From an uncultured Alphaproteobacteria bacterium (GTDB lineage: Bacteria > Pseudomonadota > Alphaproteobacteria > Rickettsiales > UBA998): a stretch of 64,000 bases of DNA. Shown here piece after piece: positions 37,146 to 46,880 of the stretch (within the stretch, counting starts at the first letter, position 1; every line of letters begins with the position of its first letter). Position numbers and translations under genes: made by a program. The DNA is taken from contig CAWDMW010000001.1 in NCBI GenBank assembly GCA_963803575.1, positions 272,086 to 336,085 on the forward strand, written 5' to 3'. The notes below the pieces were generated by a model. It did no database searches, had not been told where the DNA came from, and saw only the letters and a list, made by a program, of their open reading frames with translations.

Positions 37146-37628
37146 ATGGACAAGTTTCCGATTACTACCCATGGATATGTGGCCATGGAACAGGAAGTCA
37201 AATCACTGAAAACCATCGAACGGCCAGCAGTGATTAAAGCAATTGCAGAAGCGCGTGAGCATGGTGACTTATCCGAGAATGCGGAATATCATGCTGCTCG
37301 TGAAAAGCAGAGCTTCATTGAAGGCCGTCTGGCTGATCTTGAGAATAAGATTGCATTGTCTGATGTGATTGATCCTGAATCACTTTCTGGTGATACCGTG
37401 ATGTTTGGTGCTACTGTGACTGTTGTGGACGAAGATACGGATGAAGAACATACGTACCAGATCGTTGGGGAATACGAAGCTGATTTAAAGCTGAATCGTA
37501 TTGCTATCACCGCGCCTATCGCACGTGCCTTCATTGGGAAATCAGTAGGAGACAGTGTAGAAGTACATGCACCCGGTGGTACACGCATCTATGAAATTCT
37601 TCATGTCGAATATAATACCATTGACTAA
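37146..37628 (+). CDS. greA: transcription elongation factor GreA
   Basis: FPITTHGYVAMEQEVKSLK...REHGDLSENAEYHAAREKQSFIEGRLADLE. Confidence 0.95.
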   Translation: MDKFPITTHGYVAMEQEVKSLKTIERPAVIKAIAEAREHGDLSENAEYHAAREKQSFIEGRLADLENKIALSDVIDPESLSGDTVMFGATVTVVDEDTDEEHTYQIVGEYEADLKLNRIAITAPIARAFIGKSVGDSVEVHAPGGTRIYEILHVEYNTID

Positions 37629-38889
37629 CTCTGTGTTTATACGCAGCCTCTTGCTATGGATGTTGGTCGTCTTGCTGCCAATTTATGCAAACGCTGCGGC
37701 AAACCCGTTCAGGGTTAGTGCCGTTGTCGGCGATTACGCTGTTACCCACTATGACATTCAGCAACGTCTGCGCTTTATTGCCGCAACTACAGGGCTAGAT
37801 ACCACTCCGGAAAGTATCGGGAAACTTTATCCTCGCGTACTTAACACCCTGATTGACGAAGCGCTTCAACGTCAGGAGGCATCACGCTTCAATATATCTG
37901 TAAGCAAAAGCGAAGTCTCTCAGGCAATCACCGCCATTGAAAAAGAGCGTGGCAAACCCGCTGGCAGTTTGGTCGCCTTTATGCAAGAGAATGCTATTGA
38001 TAGTACGACGCTGCATGACCAGATTGAGGCACAAATTGCATGGAGTAAATTGCTACAGCAACGGTTATTACCAAAGATTACGGTAACCGAATCCGATATA
38101 GAAACCCATATCCAACAATTGCAGCAGCAGAAAAGTGGTGTGGATGAAGTGCAAATTGCATCATTATTGCTACCTGCCACAGAGTTTGACACGAAAGCAG
38201 AAGCTAAAACACTGGCCGATATGATTGTTGGCAAGCTTCGTAGCGGCGTCAGCTTTGAAGCATTAGCGGGTCAACTCTCCAGCGGTCAGCTTTCCAGCAG
38301 TTCACCTGTGTGGGCGCCAGTGCAGTCACTCGATCCTAATATTGCCAGCGCGCTAAAACCCCTGACACCACCCGCTATATTAGATCCTATCTTTACACCG
38401 GAAGGATACCGCATCTTACTTTTTCGGGATAAACGCAGAGCAGATTACCGCCTAAATGCTGAGGGGTTATTTAAAGAAATTATTTTATCCTTGGAAGCTG
38501 GTGCTACACGTCAGGAAGTTGACCTGCTCATGACTATTGCGAAAGAAGTGCGTAAACATTCAGGCGATTGCCATTCAAAAAATGTAGCTGATATTACCAA
38601 CTTAGAGAATCTGGACTTTGACGTAAGCTATACCCGTACTCGCTTATCTGACATTTCATCACAGATATTGCCATTGGTGCGGGGCTTGCGTGTTGGCGAA
38701 ACATCGGAACCATTTGCAACACCTGAAGGCATACGGTTGCTCAAATTATGCGAAAAAGTTGATCTTCCGGTTTCCGAGAAAGCGCGTGACAAACACTCGC
38801 GTACACTAAAAGAAGAGAAATTTCAGATGGAAGCTGTGCGCTACCTGCGTGACCTTCGGCGTAGTAGCTTCGTCGATATACGTGATTAG
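37591..38889 (+). CDS. SurA-like periplasmic chaperone/peptidyl-prolyl isomerase
   Basis: Signal peptide ...LLPIYANA, a SurA_N-like region and a parvulin-like segment (...PEGYRILLFRDKR). The start is uncertain (37591 or 37603). Confidence 0.75.
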   Translation: MKFFMSNIIPLTNSVFIRSLLLWMLVVLLPIYANAAANPFRVSAVVGDYAVTHYDIQQRLRFIAATTGLDTTPESIGKLYPRVLNTLIDEALQRQEASRFNISVSKSEVSQAITAIEKERGKPAGSLVAFMQENAIDSTTLHDQIEAQIAWSKLLQQRLLPKITVTESDIETHIQQLQQQKSGVDEVQIASLLLPATEFDTKAEAKTLADMIVGKLRSGVSFEALAGQLSSGQLSSSSPVWAPVQSLDPNIASALKPLTPPAILDPIFTPEGYRILLFRDKRRADYRLNAEGLFKEIILSLEAGATRQEVDLLMTIAKEVRKHSGDCHSKNVADITNLENLDFDVSYTRTRLSDISSQILPLVRGLRVGETSEPFATPEGIRLLKLCEKVDLPVSEKARDKHSRTLKEEKFQMEAVRYLRDLRRSSFVDIRD

Positions 38890-39638
38890 TCAGCATATTC
38901 CACTGACATAAAATACAGCCCATATGCAGGTGCAGTCATTCCAGCAACTTCCCGGCGGCGTGTCAGGAGTATGTCCGGTATGCTGGAAGCCCGACGCTTT
39001 CCTTTGCCAATCTCAACTAGGGTGCCGACAATAATGCGTACCTGATGGTGCAAAAAGGATGGTGCAGAAACAGAGATGTTCAGGCCATCATCATGCAATG
39101 CAATATCTATCACATCTATCGTTTTATGCGGTGAGTTTGCCTGACATTCACTATCACGAAATGATGTGAAATCATGAGATCCTATCAGATAACGTGCGCC
39201 TTCACGCATGGCGCATATATCTAAGGCCTCACCAATCTGCCATGCTCGTTTGGCTTCCAACACCAGTGGAGGGCGACGCATAATAATACGGTACATATAA
39301 TGGCGGCTTAGTGCATGATAGCGCGCATTGAAGGTATCAGGAACGTCTTCCACCTTTAAAATGGCCACATACTTACCACGCAAATGTGCGTTCAGCGCTT
39401 CCTGAACCCGAAATGTATCACTGTTCGTCTGACAATTCATATGTGCCACCTGCCCGCGCGCATGGACGCCGGCATCCGTCCGGCCAGCACAAACTAATCG
39501 TACATCCTGCTGGCAGAACGCATAGATTGCTTCTTCAATCGTTTGCTGAACAGATGGCACACCTTTTTGCCGTTGCCAGCCATGAAAAAACGTGCCGTCA
39601 TACTCAATTAGCAAACGAAAACGTTTCTCTTGTCTCAT
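38886..39638 (-). CDS. truA: tRNA pseudouridine(38-40) synthase
   Basis: RFRLLIEYDGTFFHGWQRQ...CAGRTDAGVHA. Confidence 0.95.
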   Translation of the reverse strand: MRQEKRFRLLIEYDGTFFHGWQRQKGVPSVQQTIEEAIYAFCQQDVRLVCAGRTDAGVHARGQVAHMNCQTNSDTFRVQEALNAHLRGKYVAILKVEDVPDTFNARYHALSRHYMYRIIMRRPPLVLEAKRAWQIGEALDICAMREGARYLIGSHDFTSFRDSECQANSPHKTIDVIDIALHDDGLNISVSAPSFLHHQVRIIVGTLVEIGKGKRRASSIPDILLTRRREVAGMTAPAYGLYFMSVEYAD

Positions 39639-40549
39639 ATGTCCACTTGCTCACCTATAATCACATCTAAACCACGCAAACATTCAATAGCCGGCAAAGG
39701 TTTCTTACCTGCGCGTTGCAGCACCAGTGGGCGTATAGCCTGATAAAGACACGCAATCGTGAAATCAGCAGAAAGTACTGTTCCAACAGGTGCCTCACGC
39801 GAAGACACCACTTCTGCTTCCAGCCATTTGATACGCTCCCCGCGATAATGCATATAAGCACCCGGAAAAGGACTTAAGCCATGAACATGACGGCGCAATT
39901 GCTCTGCTGACTTATCAAAACACATACGTGCATCTGCTTTGCTAATCTTTGCAGCGTAGCTTATGCCATCATCTGACTGCGGCTGTGCTACCATATCCGG
40001 GTAATGATCCAGCACATGTAGCAATAATTCGGCAGACTCATCTGCCAGATAGGCTGATAATGTGGCAGATGTATGATGCTTATCTACTGGATAGTGACGG
40101 CGGAGCAATACATCACCTGTATCTAATCCTGCATTCATTTGCATGATACATATATCTGTTTCGCTATCACCTGCCATGATAGTCCGTTGTACAGGCGCAG
40201 CACCCCGCCAGCGCGGAAGAGCCGATGGGTGGATATTGATGCAGCCATACGCTGGAATATCCAGCACCGCCTGTGGCAACAACATGCCATACGCCACTAC
40301 TACCGCTATATCAGCTTGATGGGTTTTTAGCACTTCCTGCACATCAGGCTTCTTTAAGCTATCTGGTGTATGAATGACCAAATTATGCTCAAATGCCCAG
40401 CGATGCACAACGGACTGATTCATTCGCTTTCCCCTATGGGCAGCCTTTGGTGGCGCGGTATAGACAGCCACAATTTGGTGAGAGGAATTATGAAGCGCCT
40501 TCAAAGCCGGCAGTGCAAACTCCGGTGTTCCCATAAAGATAACACGCAT
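39635..40549 (-). CDS. fmt: methionyl-tRNA formyltransferase
   Basis: MRVIFMGTPEFALPAL...NIHPSALPRWRGAAPVQRTIMAGD. Confidence 0.95.
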   Translation of the reverse strand: MRVIFMGTPEFALPALKALHNSSHQIVAVYTAPPKAAHRGKRMNQSVVHRWAFEHNLVIHTPDSLKKPDVQEVLKTHQADIAVVVAYGMLLPQAVLDIPAYGCINIHPSALPRWRGAAPVQRTIMAGDSETDICIMQMNAGLDTGDVLLRRHYPVDKHHTSATLSAYLADESAELLLHVLDHYPDMVAQPQSDDGISYAAKISKADARMCFDKSAEQLRRHVHGLSPFPGAYMHYRGERIKWLEAEVVSSREAPVGTVLSADFTIACLYQAIRPLVLQRAGKKPLPAIECLRGLDVIIGEQVDI

Positions 40550-41109
40550 CAGCTATTCAACTGTCCATGTTTTTGCTGCTTCTTTAGCTTTCGCAGAATC
40601 ATATCACGCTTCATGCGCGAAATATGATCTACGAATACGACCCCATTAATATGGTCAATCTCATGCTGAATACAGGTTGATAGTAACCCGTCTGCCTCAA
40701 GTGTTTGTGGCTGCCCTGCTTTATCCATATAACGTATGGTGACCTGATCTGGACGCACCACGTCAGAATATTGCCCTGGAAAAGACAGGCAGCCCTCTTC
40801 GTAAATGCGCGTGTCCGTTGAATGGCTCACGATTTCCGGGTTAATCAATAGAATCGGATTGCCAACAGGTACGTCAGATGCAGAGGCATTATCCTCAACG
40901 TAACGTGAGGAACCCCATTCAGTATCAATCACAATAATACGCTTCAACACGCCCACTTGCACGGCAGCCAGTCCAATGCCATTGGATGCATACATGGTTT
41001 CAAACATATCCTCAATTAGTGTCGTAATATCAGGAGTTACAGAATCCACTGTGTCAGAGCGCTGGCTTAAAAGAGGATGTGGGGCTACATAAATAGGTAA
41101 AACAGTCAT
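40549..41109 (-). CDS. def: peptide deformylase
   Basis: GIGLAAVQVG, EGCLSFPG and HEIDH motifs. Confidence 0.95.
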   Translation of the reverse strand: MTVLPIYVAPHPLLSQRSDTVDSVTPDITTLIEDMFETMYASNGIGLAAVQVGVLKRIIVIDTEWGSSRYVEDNASASDVPVGNPILLINPEIVSHSTDTRIYEEGCLSFPGQYSDVVRPDQVTIRYMDKAGQPQTLEADGLLSTCIQHEIDHINGVVFVDHISRMKRDMILRKLKKQQKHGQLNS

Positions 41110-41142
41110 AGCAACAGGTTATAACAATAAGTTTAACATTTA

Positions 41143-41574
41143 TCAATGCTGATCCAGCGATGCATCAGCATAACAATTTGGCGTCTCATACATTCTGATG
41201 TGCGTACACCGAATCCCAGTATTGGCAAATAACTCAGGGCATACTACGTCCAGCAAATACATAGCCATATGTTCAGCCGTAGGGTTATCTGGCAGATAGA
41301 ACACATGCTGCTGTAATTCACTGTCAATCATATCCCCCAGCGCTTTATCCGCCTCATTCAAAATCGTGTTATGATCCCAATATTGATCTATCCAGCCACC
41401 TAGCCGCTCTTTAATAATACCGAAATCAACGACTCGCCCAAGCGCGTCTAAGGCCTCCGCATGAAAACGTGCTTCCACAACGTAGCGATGGCCATGCAAA
41501 TATTTGCACTTGCTTTCATGCAACATCACTCGATGTGCAGCATCAAATTCCAGCCGGCGGGTACAGGTAATCAT
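41143..41574 (-). CDS. queD: 6-carboxy-5,6,7,8-tetrahydropterin synthase
   Basis: FDAAHRVMLHESKCKYLHGHRY. The ATG at 41574 avoids overlap with the upstream lipoprotein gene. Confidence 0.85.
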   Translation of the reverse strand: MITCTRRLEFDAAHRVMLHESKCKYLHGHRYVVEARFHAEALDALGRVVDFGIIKERLGGWIDQYWDHNTILNEADKALGDMIDSELQQHVFYLPDNPTAEHMAMYLLDVVCPELFANTGIRCTHIRMYETPNCYADASLDQH

Positions 41575-41608
41575 AGGCAACTGGTTATAGGTAGAATGAC
41601 CGCGAAAA

Positions 41609-42007
41609 TCAACGGGCAACGTTCACGGGTTTGCGTTGTGACTGCTGACGAGCAGGGCGTGGAGGTTCTGCCGGAATATAACGCAATGGCTGCTGCGGTT
41701 GAGGTGCGGCGCGTGGCACAGGTGGCGCGTAACGCGGTGGAGCTTTACGCTTGATTCCTGGTGACGCTACTGTCCATCCTTTCAGTTCCATACAATCATG
41801 AAAGATCTGTGCCAGCACTGCCTGAACATTCTTGGTTTGCAACGCCTGCGAAGCAGCAGGTTGTGGTTTATAAAAATCTGCATTTTCTTCTGCCATTTGC
41901 CTACATTCATCGCGCATATCAATATAATCCATCTGCACCCGTGAACTGGTTAGGCATCCACTCAGCACGCATGGTATCGTAAGTAATGCAGCGTAGAGAG
42001 GTTTCAT
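41609..42007 (-). CDS. lipoprotein with Pro/Arg/Gln-rich tail
   Basis: MKPLYAALLTIPCVLSGC lipobox. ATGA overlap with the fliJ stop. Confidence 0.7.
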   Translation of the reverse strand: MKPLYAALLTIPCVLSGCLTSSRVQMDYIDMRDECRQMAEENADFYKPQPAASQALQTKNVQAVLAQIFHDCMELKGWTVASPGIKRKAPPRYAPPVPRAAPQPQQPLRYIPAEPPRPARQQSQRKPVNVAR

Positions 42008-42420
42008 ATGGCACCTGCTTCATGACGCGTACCAGCTATTTCATCCATGCGCTGCTGTTCGCGCTGTTCCTGACGATAAGCATGTTCGGCGATACGGCGT
42101 TGTCGTGCTAAATCAAACTTCTTTTGCTCGGCAAATAATACGATCATCTTATCACGCAGCCCCTGCATTTGTGCCTCTACAGCCCGTATATGTACACGCA
42201 CTTCTTCCTGCTGTTGTCCGATTGCTTCAGAAAAATCACCAAAGAACATACCCATTTCTGTCATATGACCAGCGAGTGAAATTTCTTTGTATAATTGTTC
42301 CGACAAGCTATCTATCCGGTGATTTAAATCATTATGCTGTTGCTGCAACATGCCCATATGTTTTTGCAACTGATCTAATTCCTGCTGCTTCAACCGGATA
42401 AGTGTTGTGTAATGTTTCAT
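42004..42420 (-). CDS. fliJ: flagellar export chaperone FliJ (alphaproteobacterial type)
   Basis: MKHYTTLIRLKQQELDQLQ...FAEQKKFDLARQRR...EQREQQRMDEIAG is the coiled-coil pattern of alpha FliJ. I prefer the internal ATG 42420 over 42459. Confidence 0.65.
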   Translation of the reverse strand: MKHYTTLIRLKQQELDQLQKHMGMLQQQHNDLNHRIDSLSEQLYKEISLAGHMTEMGMFFGDFSEAIGQQQEEVRVHIRAVEAQMQGLRDKMIVLFAEQKKFDLARQRRIAEHAYRQEQREQQRMDEIAGTRHEAGAI

Positions 42421-42499
42421 GCAACCGACTATATCACATATCGCTATGTGAATTGACAAAAATCAGGACGCCTTAGTGAGACATCCTGATTTTTTATCC

Positions 42500-44815
42500 T
42501 TACCCAATAGCAGGGCCTCCTGCCATCAATGTATCAGAGCGTGGGCGCATAATTGGTTTTGAAACTTGGTCTGAGTCTACGTCTTTACCGCCACTAATAG
42601 TCGTTGCTGTATTTACTTTATCGGCAGCTTCTCTGACAGAACTTTCAAGCTTATCAAACGATAACTGCATGGCTTCCTGACGTTCTATAGACGAACCTGT
42701 TTCAATGGCTTTTGCAAGTTTAGGGTCGGCATCACGCAACCACGTAGCATATTCATCACCTGGCCCATTTATTACGCCGTCTTTATCAACCTTAATATTA
42801 AGCTTTTCTAGTCCGGCAGTTATGGTTGCATAGGTTTTAAGATGCTCGTTATCTTTCCCATAATCTTCGCCAGTAAGCTCATGGATGGTCTTGCTAATGT
42901 TCGTCTCTAGCGTTTCATTATTTGGCGTAGACGCCGTTTGCGGCTCTTTCCCTTGCCGTTTGCGAATAGCCGCAACGTTAGTATCTATCTCTTCCTTATA
43001 TTCTTCACGAACATGCTCAAATTCCTTGTTATACGTTCCTGTAGCTGCCTCAATATTGCTAATTTCAGTAACCAAACGATCACGCTCATTCACACCAGCC
43101 TGCTTGCCCCATTCCTGCAACTTCGCACGCGCTTCAGCAGGCGTCAATGGGGTACCCTTGTTGAAGGCCATTGGGACATCAGATGCAACATCATACTTTT
43201 GTCCATCAACGCCAGCCAGCACATCATCTTTTTGCGATGCCACCAGGGGCTGTCCAGCTGACGCTACTACATCTAACGAAATAGCTTCTTGTAAATCACG
43301 TTCACGCATTCTTGGCGGCAAACTAAAGTTCTCACGGTTATCCAGCTTATGTTGCGCATAATCGCGGATGTTGGTGGCTAGGTCATTATTGGTAAATCCT
43401 AACTCAGCTAAGTCATCTTTCATCTGGCGATACTCGCTATTTGACAGCTTATCAACCACCTTGTCATTAATATTTTCCAAAGAGATAGAATCTTCATACT
43501 TGTCTACCTTCTTCTCAAACTTGGCAGATTTACGCATATCTTTTTGTAGATCGTCCAAGGTATCCTGTATTGTATCAGGATTCCCGCTTTTAAGCGCTGC
43601 TATTTGCTGATCGGTCGCATGTTCATTGATCGTTTTCGTCAATAATTCAGCAAAACCTGGTTCATTAAAGTTGTCAGCTTTACTACCCTTTTTGAACTCT
43701 ACACCGTCATTTAAATCTTCAAGACGACGCTTAAACTTAGAGATATCACGCTTAGCCCCTCCATCACCATCAATAAATGCTTGTGCGAGTTGTTCTGTGC
43801 TAATGCGTGGTTCTTCGTAGGCAATCGTTGGCACAATCACTGCATCCTGATTACGACCTTGCGCCACACTACGCCCATTTGCCTCTTGTTGCAGATTAGT
43901 CAACGATCCTTGCAGTGCATCAAATGCATCTGAGCGGCCTTTACCTGTCGTCATGTCAGCGTCTTTAATCGCTTTAGCCAACTCAGGATTTGTCTCTTTC
44001 ATCCATGCACCAAACTCACCTGCTTCGATAATGTTGCCTTTAGCATCATCGCCCATCACCGGAGAACGCGTTACGTCACGACCGGTTTTTTCTAAAGCGG
44101 CAGCTATATTAACATGTGCCTCCTTAAATTCATTACCAGCTAATTGCTTAATCATGCCGTTTAAACGTTCATCAAATTCTGTATCCATGGGTAGTTCTCC
44201 TCTTATTGTAGTATCTCTTTTGCTCGGGACTTCTTGTGCTGTAGCCACTGTGTTACTGTCACCACGACCGTAGCGCTCCTGAACTTCGCGATCAGACTCT
44301 TTCTGACGTGTAGTGATGGTCTCTTCAGAGCGTTTTTCCTCTGCTAATCGTTCATAGTGCCGACGAGAGCCTCTTGGTTCGCTTTCTCGTGATTCTTGGC
44401 GACTTGATTCTCTTTGTTCACGCACATCATTTTCGCGACTACCGCCACGCTCACGTCTTGACTCACCCTCATGCTCGCGATTAATCTCAACATCAATCTC
44501 GCGACGTCCAACAGTTCCTTCTATGGTTGTTGTCGAGGTACGGTTATTGGTACGGGTCAATGAATAATCCCCACCTTTCCCGTTCAACAATGCCTCTTCT
44601 TGTAACTTATACTCAGTTTCTTTAAGGCTATATTTCGCAGACTTCATGTCATCACGATCCTGACGAGTATCGTATTTGCTCTTCTTAGAATCCCACTTTT
44701 CCTTGTCAGCACTACCTTCAATACCAATACCTGTTACTTCAGTAACGTCTTTTATGGTACGGTTAGCATCCTTGGTCATTTTACGTACGTCTTTGAAAAG
44801 ATCTTTGAGTCCCAT
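42500..44815 (-). CDS. 771-aa orphan hydrophilic protein with an RS/RE-rich region and two internal ~95-aa repeats
   Basis: No TM segment or signal peptide. Low-complexity stretch EHEGESRRERGGSRENDVREQRESSRQESRESEPRGSRR. The repeated core is GEFGAWMKETNPELAKAIKD and GDEYATWLRDADPKLAKAIET. Confidence 0.8.
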   Translation of the reverse strand: MGLKDLFKDVRKMTKDANRTIKDVTEVTGIGIEGSADKEKWDSKKSKYDTRQDRDDMKSAKYSLKETEYKLQEEALLNGKGGDYSLTRTNNRTSTTTIEGTVGRREIDVEINREHEGESRRERGGSRENDVREQRESSRQESRESEPRGSRRHYERLAEEKRSEETITTRQKESDREVQERYGRGDSNTVATAQEVPSKRDTTIRGELPMDTEFDERLNGMIKQLAGNEFKEAHVNIAAALEKTGRDVTRSPVMGDDAKGNIIEAGEFGAWMKETNPELAKAIKDADMTTGKGRSDAFDALQGSLTNLQQEANGRSVAQGRNQDAVIVPTIAYEEPRISTEQLAQAFIDGDGGAKRDISKFKRRLEDLNDGVEFKKGSKADNFNEPGFAELLTKTINEHATDQQIAALKSGNPDTIQDTLDDLQKDMRKSAKFEKKVDKYEDSISLENINDKVVDKLSNSEYRQMKDDLAELGFTNNDLATNIRDYAQHKLDNRENFSLPPRMRERDLQEAISLDVVASAGQPLVASQKDDVLAGVDGQKYDVASDVPMAFNKGTPLTPAEARAKLQEWGKQAGVNERDRLVTEISNIEAATGTYNKEFEHVREEYKEEIDTNVAAIRKRQGKEPQTASTPNNETLETNISKTIHELTGEDYGKDNEHLKTYATITAGLEKLNIKVDKDGVINGPGDEYATWLRDADPKLAKAIETGSSIERQEAMQLSFDKLESSVREAADKVNTATTISGGKDVDSDQVSKPIMRPRSDTLMAGGPAIG

Positions 44816-44938
44816 GTCTGAAACAGCCTCTATATGTTATTTCTAATAATATCATATTAGCAATGAAATATGTCAGTTTCATGACGTCAAGGTGTCATTT
44901 GGATGAATAGATGCGATAGATTCAGTTTCACCGATAGG

Positions 44939-45604
44939 TTAACTTCCAAACAATGCGTCAATTTCATCCTGTGTTTGGGCATTGCCATCCAGTTGAGGGC
45001 CTTCCATCAAATGTGCATCAGGGCGTTTATCGTGTAAAATAGCTTTACTATCCTTGCTTGCAATACTCACCACATCCTCATTATCGCTGCCAAATAGCTT
45101 GGCAAGCTTGGCTACCTTCGCTTCCACATATTCCATGGTCTTGATAACCTTATTGATACGCTGTCCAGTAATATCCTGAAAGGTGCAGGCATTATAAATG
45201 CGGTTGGATGCATCAGTAATAGTGGTTTTTGTCTTTTTATCTGATAAGCTATTCGCAGCATTTAAAATGGCATCAGTGGAATCTAAAATCGTGTCCGTTG
45301 CTTCTTCCGTTGCCCGTACCACAGCATTCAGTTCTTCACCAGCAGCATTAAAGAATTCTTCCTCTCCACCAGCATCCGGTACAATTTCAAAGATTTCATT
45401 CTTTGCTTCCGCAATAAAAGTGGCCAGCTTTGTGATTTCACTACGAACGAATGCATTAATACGCGGATCCTCGGCTTTCACCGATAAAGCAATATCCTGA
45501 AAAATCTTGGAAACGTCTTCAATATTGATGGTTCCCTTCTCTTCCAGCGTTTCAATCATGCTGCGTAATAGGGTATTGCCTATTTCATTCTGTCCTAACC
45601 CCAT
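44939..45604 (-). CDS. cheZ: CheY-P phosphatase CheZ (short alpha type)
   Basis: FQDITGQRINKVIKTMEYVE is the catalytic Gln motif. C-terminal ...DEIDALFGS is the CheY-binding peptide type. Confidence 0.8.
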   Translation of the reverse strand: MGLGQNEIGNTLLRSMIETLEEKGTINIEDVSKIFQDIALSVKAEDPRINAFVRSEITKLATFIAEAKNEIFEIVPDAGGEEEFFNAAGEELNAVVRATEEATDTILDSTDAILNAANSLSDKKTKTTITDASNRIYNACTFQDITGQRINKVIKTMEYVEAKVAKLAKLFGSDNEDVVSIASKDSKAILHDKRPDAHLMEGPQLDGNAQTQDEIDALFGS

Positions 45605-45663
45605 CGTGCCACCCCTTTATCCTGACCTGTTTATATCTAACTATGCGCATCATTACTTATTTG

Positions 45664-46041
45664 CTAGAAAACAGATTCTATTTTTCCTTTCAGGGTTTCT
45701 GCGTTGAATGGCTTCACAATATAATTACTCACACCTGCCTGCTTAGCCGCAACAACGTTCTCTGTTTTACTCTCAGCCGTCACCATAATGAAGGGTAAGC
45801 TTTTCAGGTCGTCCTCTGCGCGTACTTTTTGCAAAAGCTCGTACCCTGACATAGGCTCCATGTTCCAGTCAGAAATCACCAGACCATATTTCTTCTCTTT
45901 AAGTTTGTTGAATGCCATCGTACCATCCGTTGCTTCATCGACATTTTGGAATCCAATCTGGCTCAACAGGTTTTTGATGATACGCAACATAGTCTTATAA
46001 TCATCGACGATTAGTACGTTCATATTTTTATCAATAGTCAT
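45664..46041 (-). CDS. cheY: chemotaxis response regulator CheY
   Basis: 125-aa stand-alone receiver: VLIVDDY...VISDWNMEPMSG...MVTAE...YIVKPF. Confidence 0.9.
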   Translation of the reverse strand: MTIDKNMNVLIVDDYKTMLRIIKNLLSQIGFQNVDEATDGTMAFNKLKEKKYGLVISDWNMEPMSGYELLQKVRAEDDLKSLPFIMVTAESKTENVVAAKQAGVSNYIVKPFNAETLKGKIESVF

Positions 46042-46174
46042 TGGCGCTCGCTCCGGTTGGTATCTTAAAGTAGTTGAAATAATGCCGTATTACGCTAAAC
46101 TACGCCCAACCTTTTAAAAGTCGGTTAAATACGATCAGGAAATGTTAGATGTTGTCCTGATTATACGGAGTTTG

Positions 46175-46378
46175 ATGACAATGCAGTGGAACGACATTTA
46201 CGATATTGCTATGGAACTTGAAGATGCATACCCTGAAAAAGATAATGTGAATCTACGTTTTACTGATTTACGTGACTGGGTAATGTCGCTGGATGGCTTC
46301 ACTGGCGAACGTGACGGATGCAGCGAAAAGATACTTGAAGCCATTCAAATGGCATGGATAGATGAACGTGCAGACTAA
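46175..46378 (+). CDS. iscX: Fe-S assembly protein IscX
   Basis: MTMQWNDIYDIAMELEDAYPEKDNVNLRFTDLRDWV...SEKILEAIQMAWIDE parallels E. coli IscX. ATG 46175 follows GGAG. Confidence 0.8.
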   Translation: MTMQWNDIYDIAMELEDAYPEKDNVNLRFTDLRDWVMSLDGFTGERDGCSEKILEAIQMAWIDERAD

Positions 46379-46391
46379 ACACGTATAGTTT

Positions 46392-46880
46392 ATGGCTATT
46401 CTCAACCATTTTTCTAAATGCGATGAGGCTTTCATGCAACAGTTCGCCCGCAAGCTTGCGATGGAATTACACGAAGGCGATTGCATCGCGCTAGAAGGCG
46501 ATGTGGGAGCAGGAAAAACATTCCTTGCAACCCACATGATACGCCAGCTATGTGGCAGCAATACAGTGGTAACTAGCCCGACTTTCACCATTTCACAGTA
46601 TTATCAGCCTAAACGGAATATCGCAAAAGAGGGTCTTTGGCACTATGATCTTTATCGACTTGAACACCCACAGGAATTAGAAGAAACCGGATTGCGAGAT
46701 ACCTTAGATGATGCGATAACACTCATCGAATGGCCAGCTATTGCCAACACATGGCTTCCATATCAAAAACTGCATATTCAGATTGCATTTGATACAGATG
46801 CCCGCTACCGTAATGTGATACTATCCGGAGACCATGCATTATGGAAGACACGATTACCAACACTGGAACCACGCAGTTAA
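46392..46880 (+). CDS. tsaE: tRNA t6A biosynthesis ATPase TsaE
   Basis: LEGDVGAGKTF...SPTFTISQYY...HYDLYRL. Confidence 0.9.
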   Translation: MAILNHFSKCDEAFMQQFARKLAMELHEGDCIALEGDVGAGKTFLATHMIRQLCGSNTVVTSPTFTISQYYQPKRNIAKEGLWHYDLYRLEHPQELEETGLRDTLDDAITLIEWPAIANTWLPYQKLHIQIAFDTDARYRNVILSGDHALWKTRLPTLEPRS

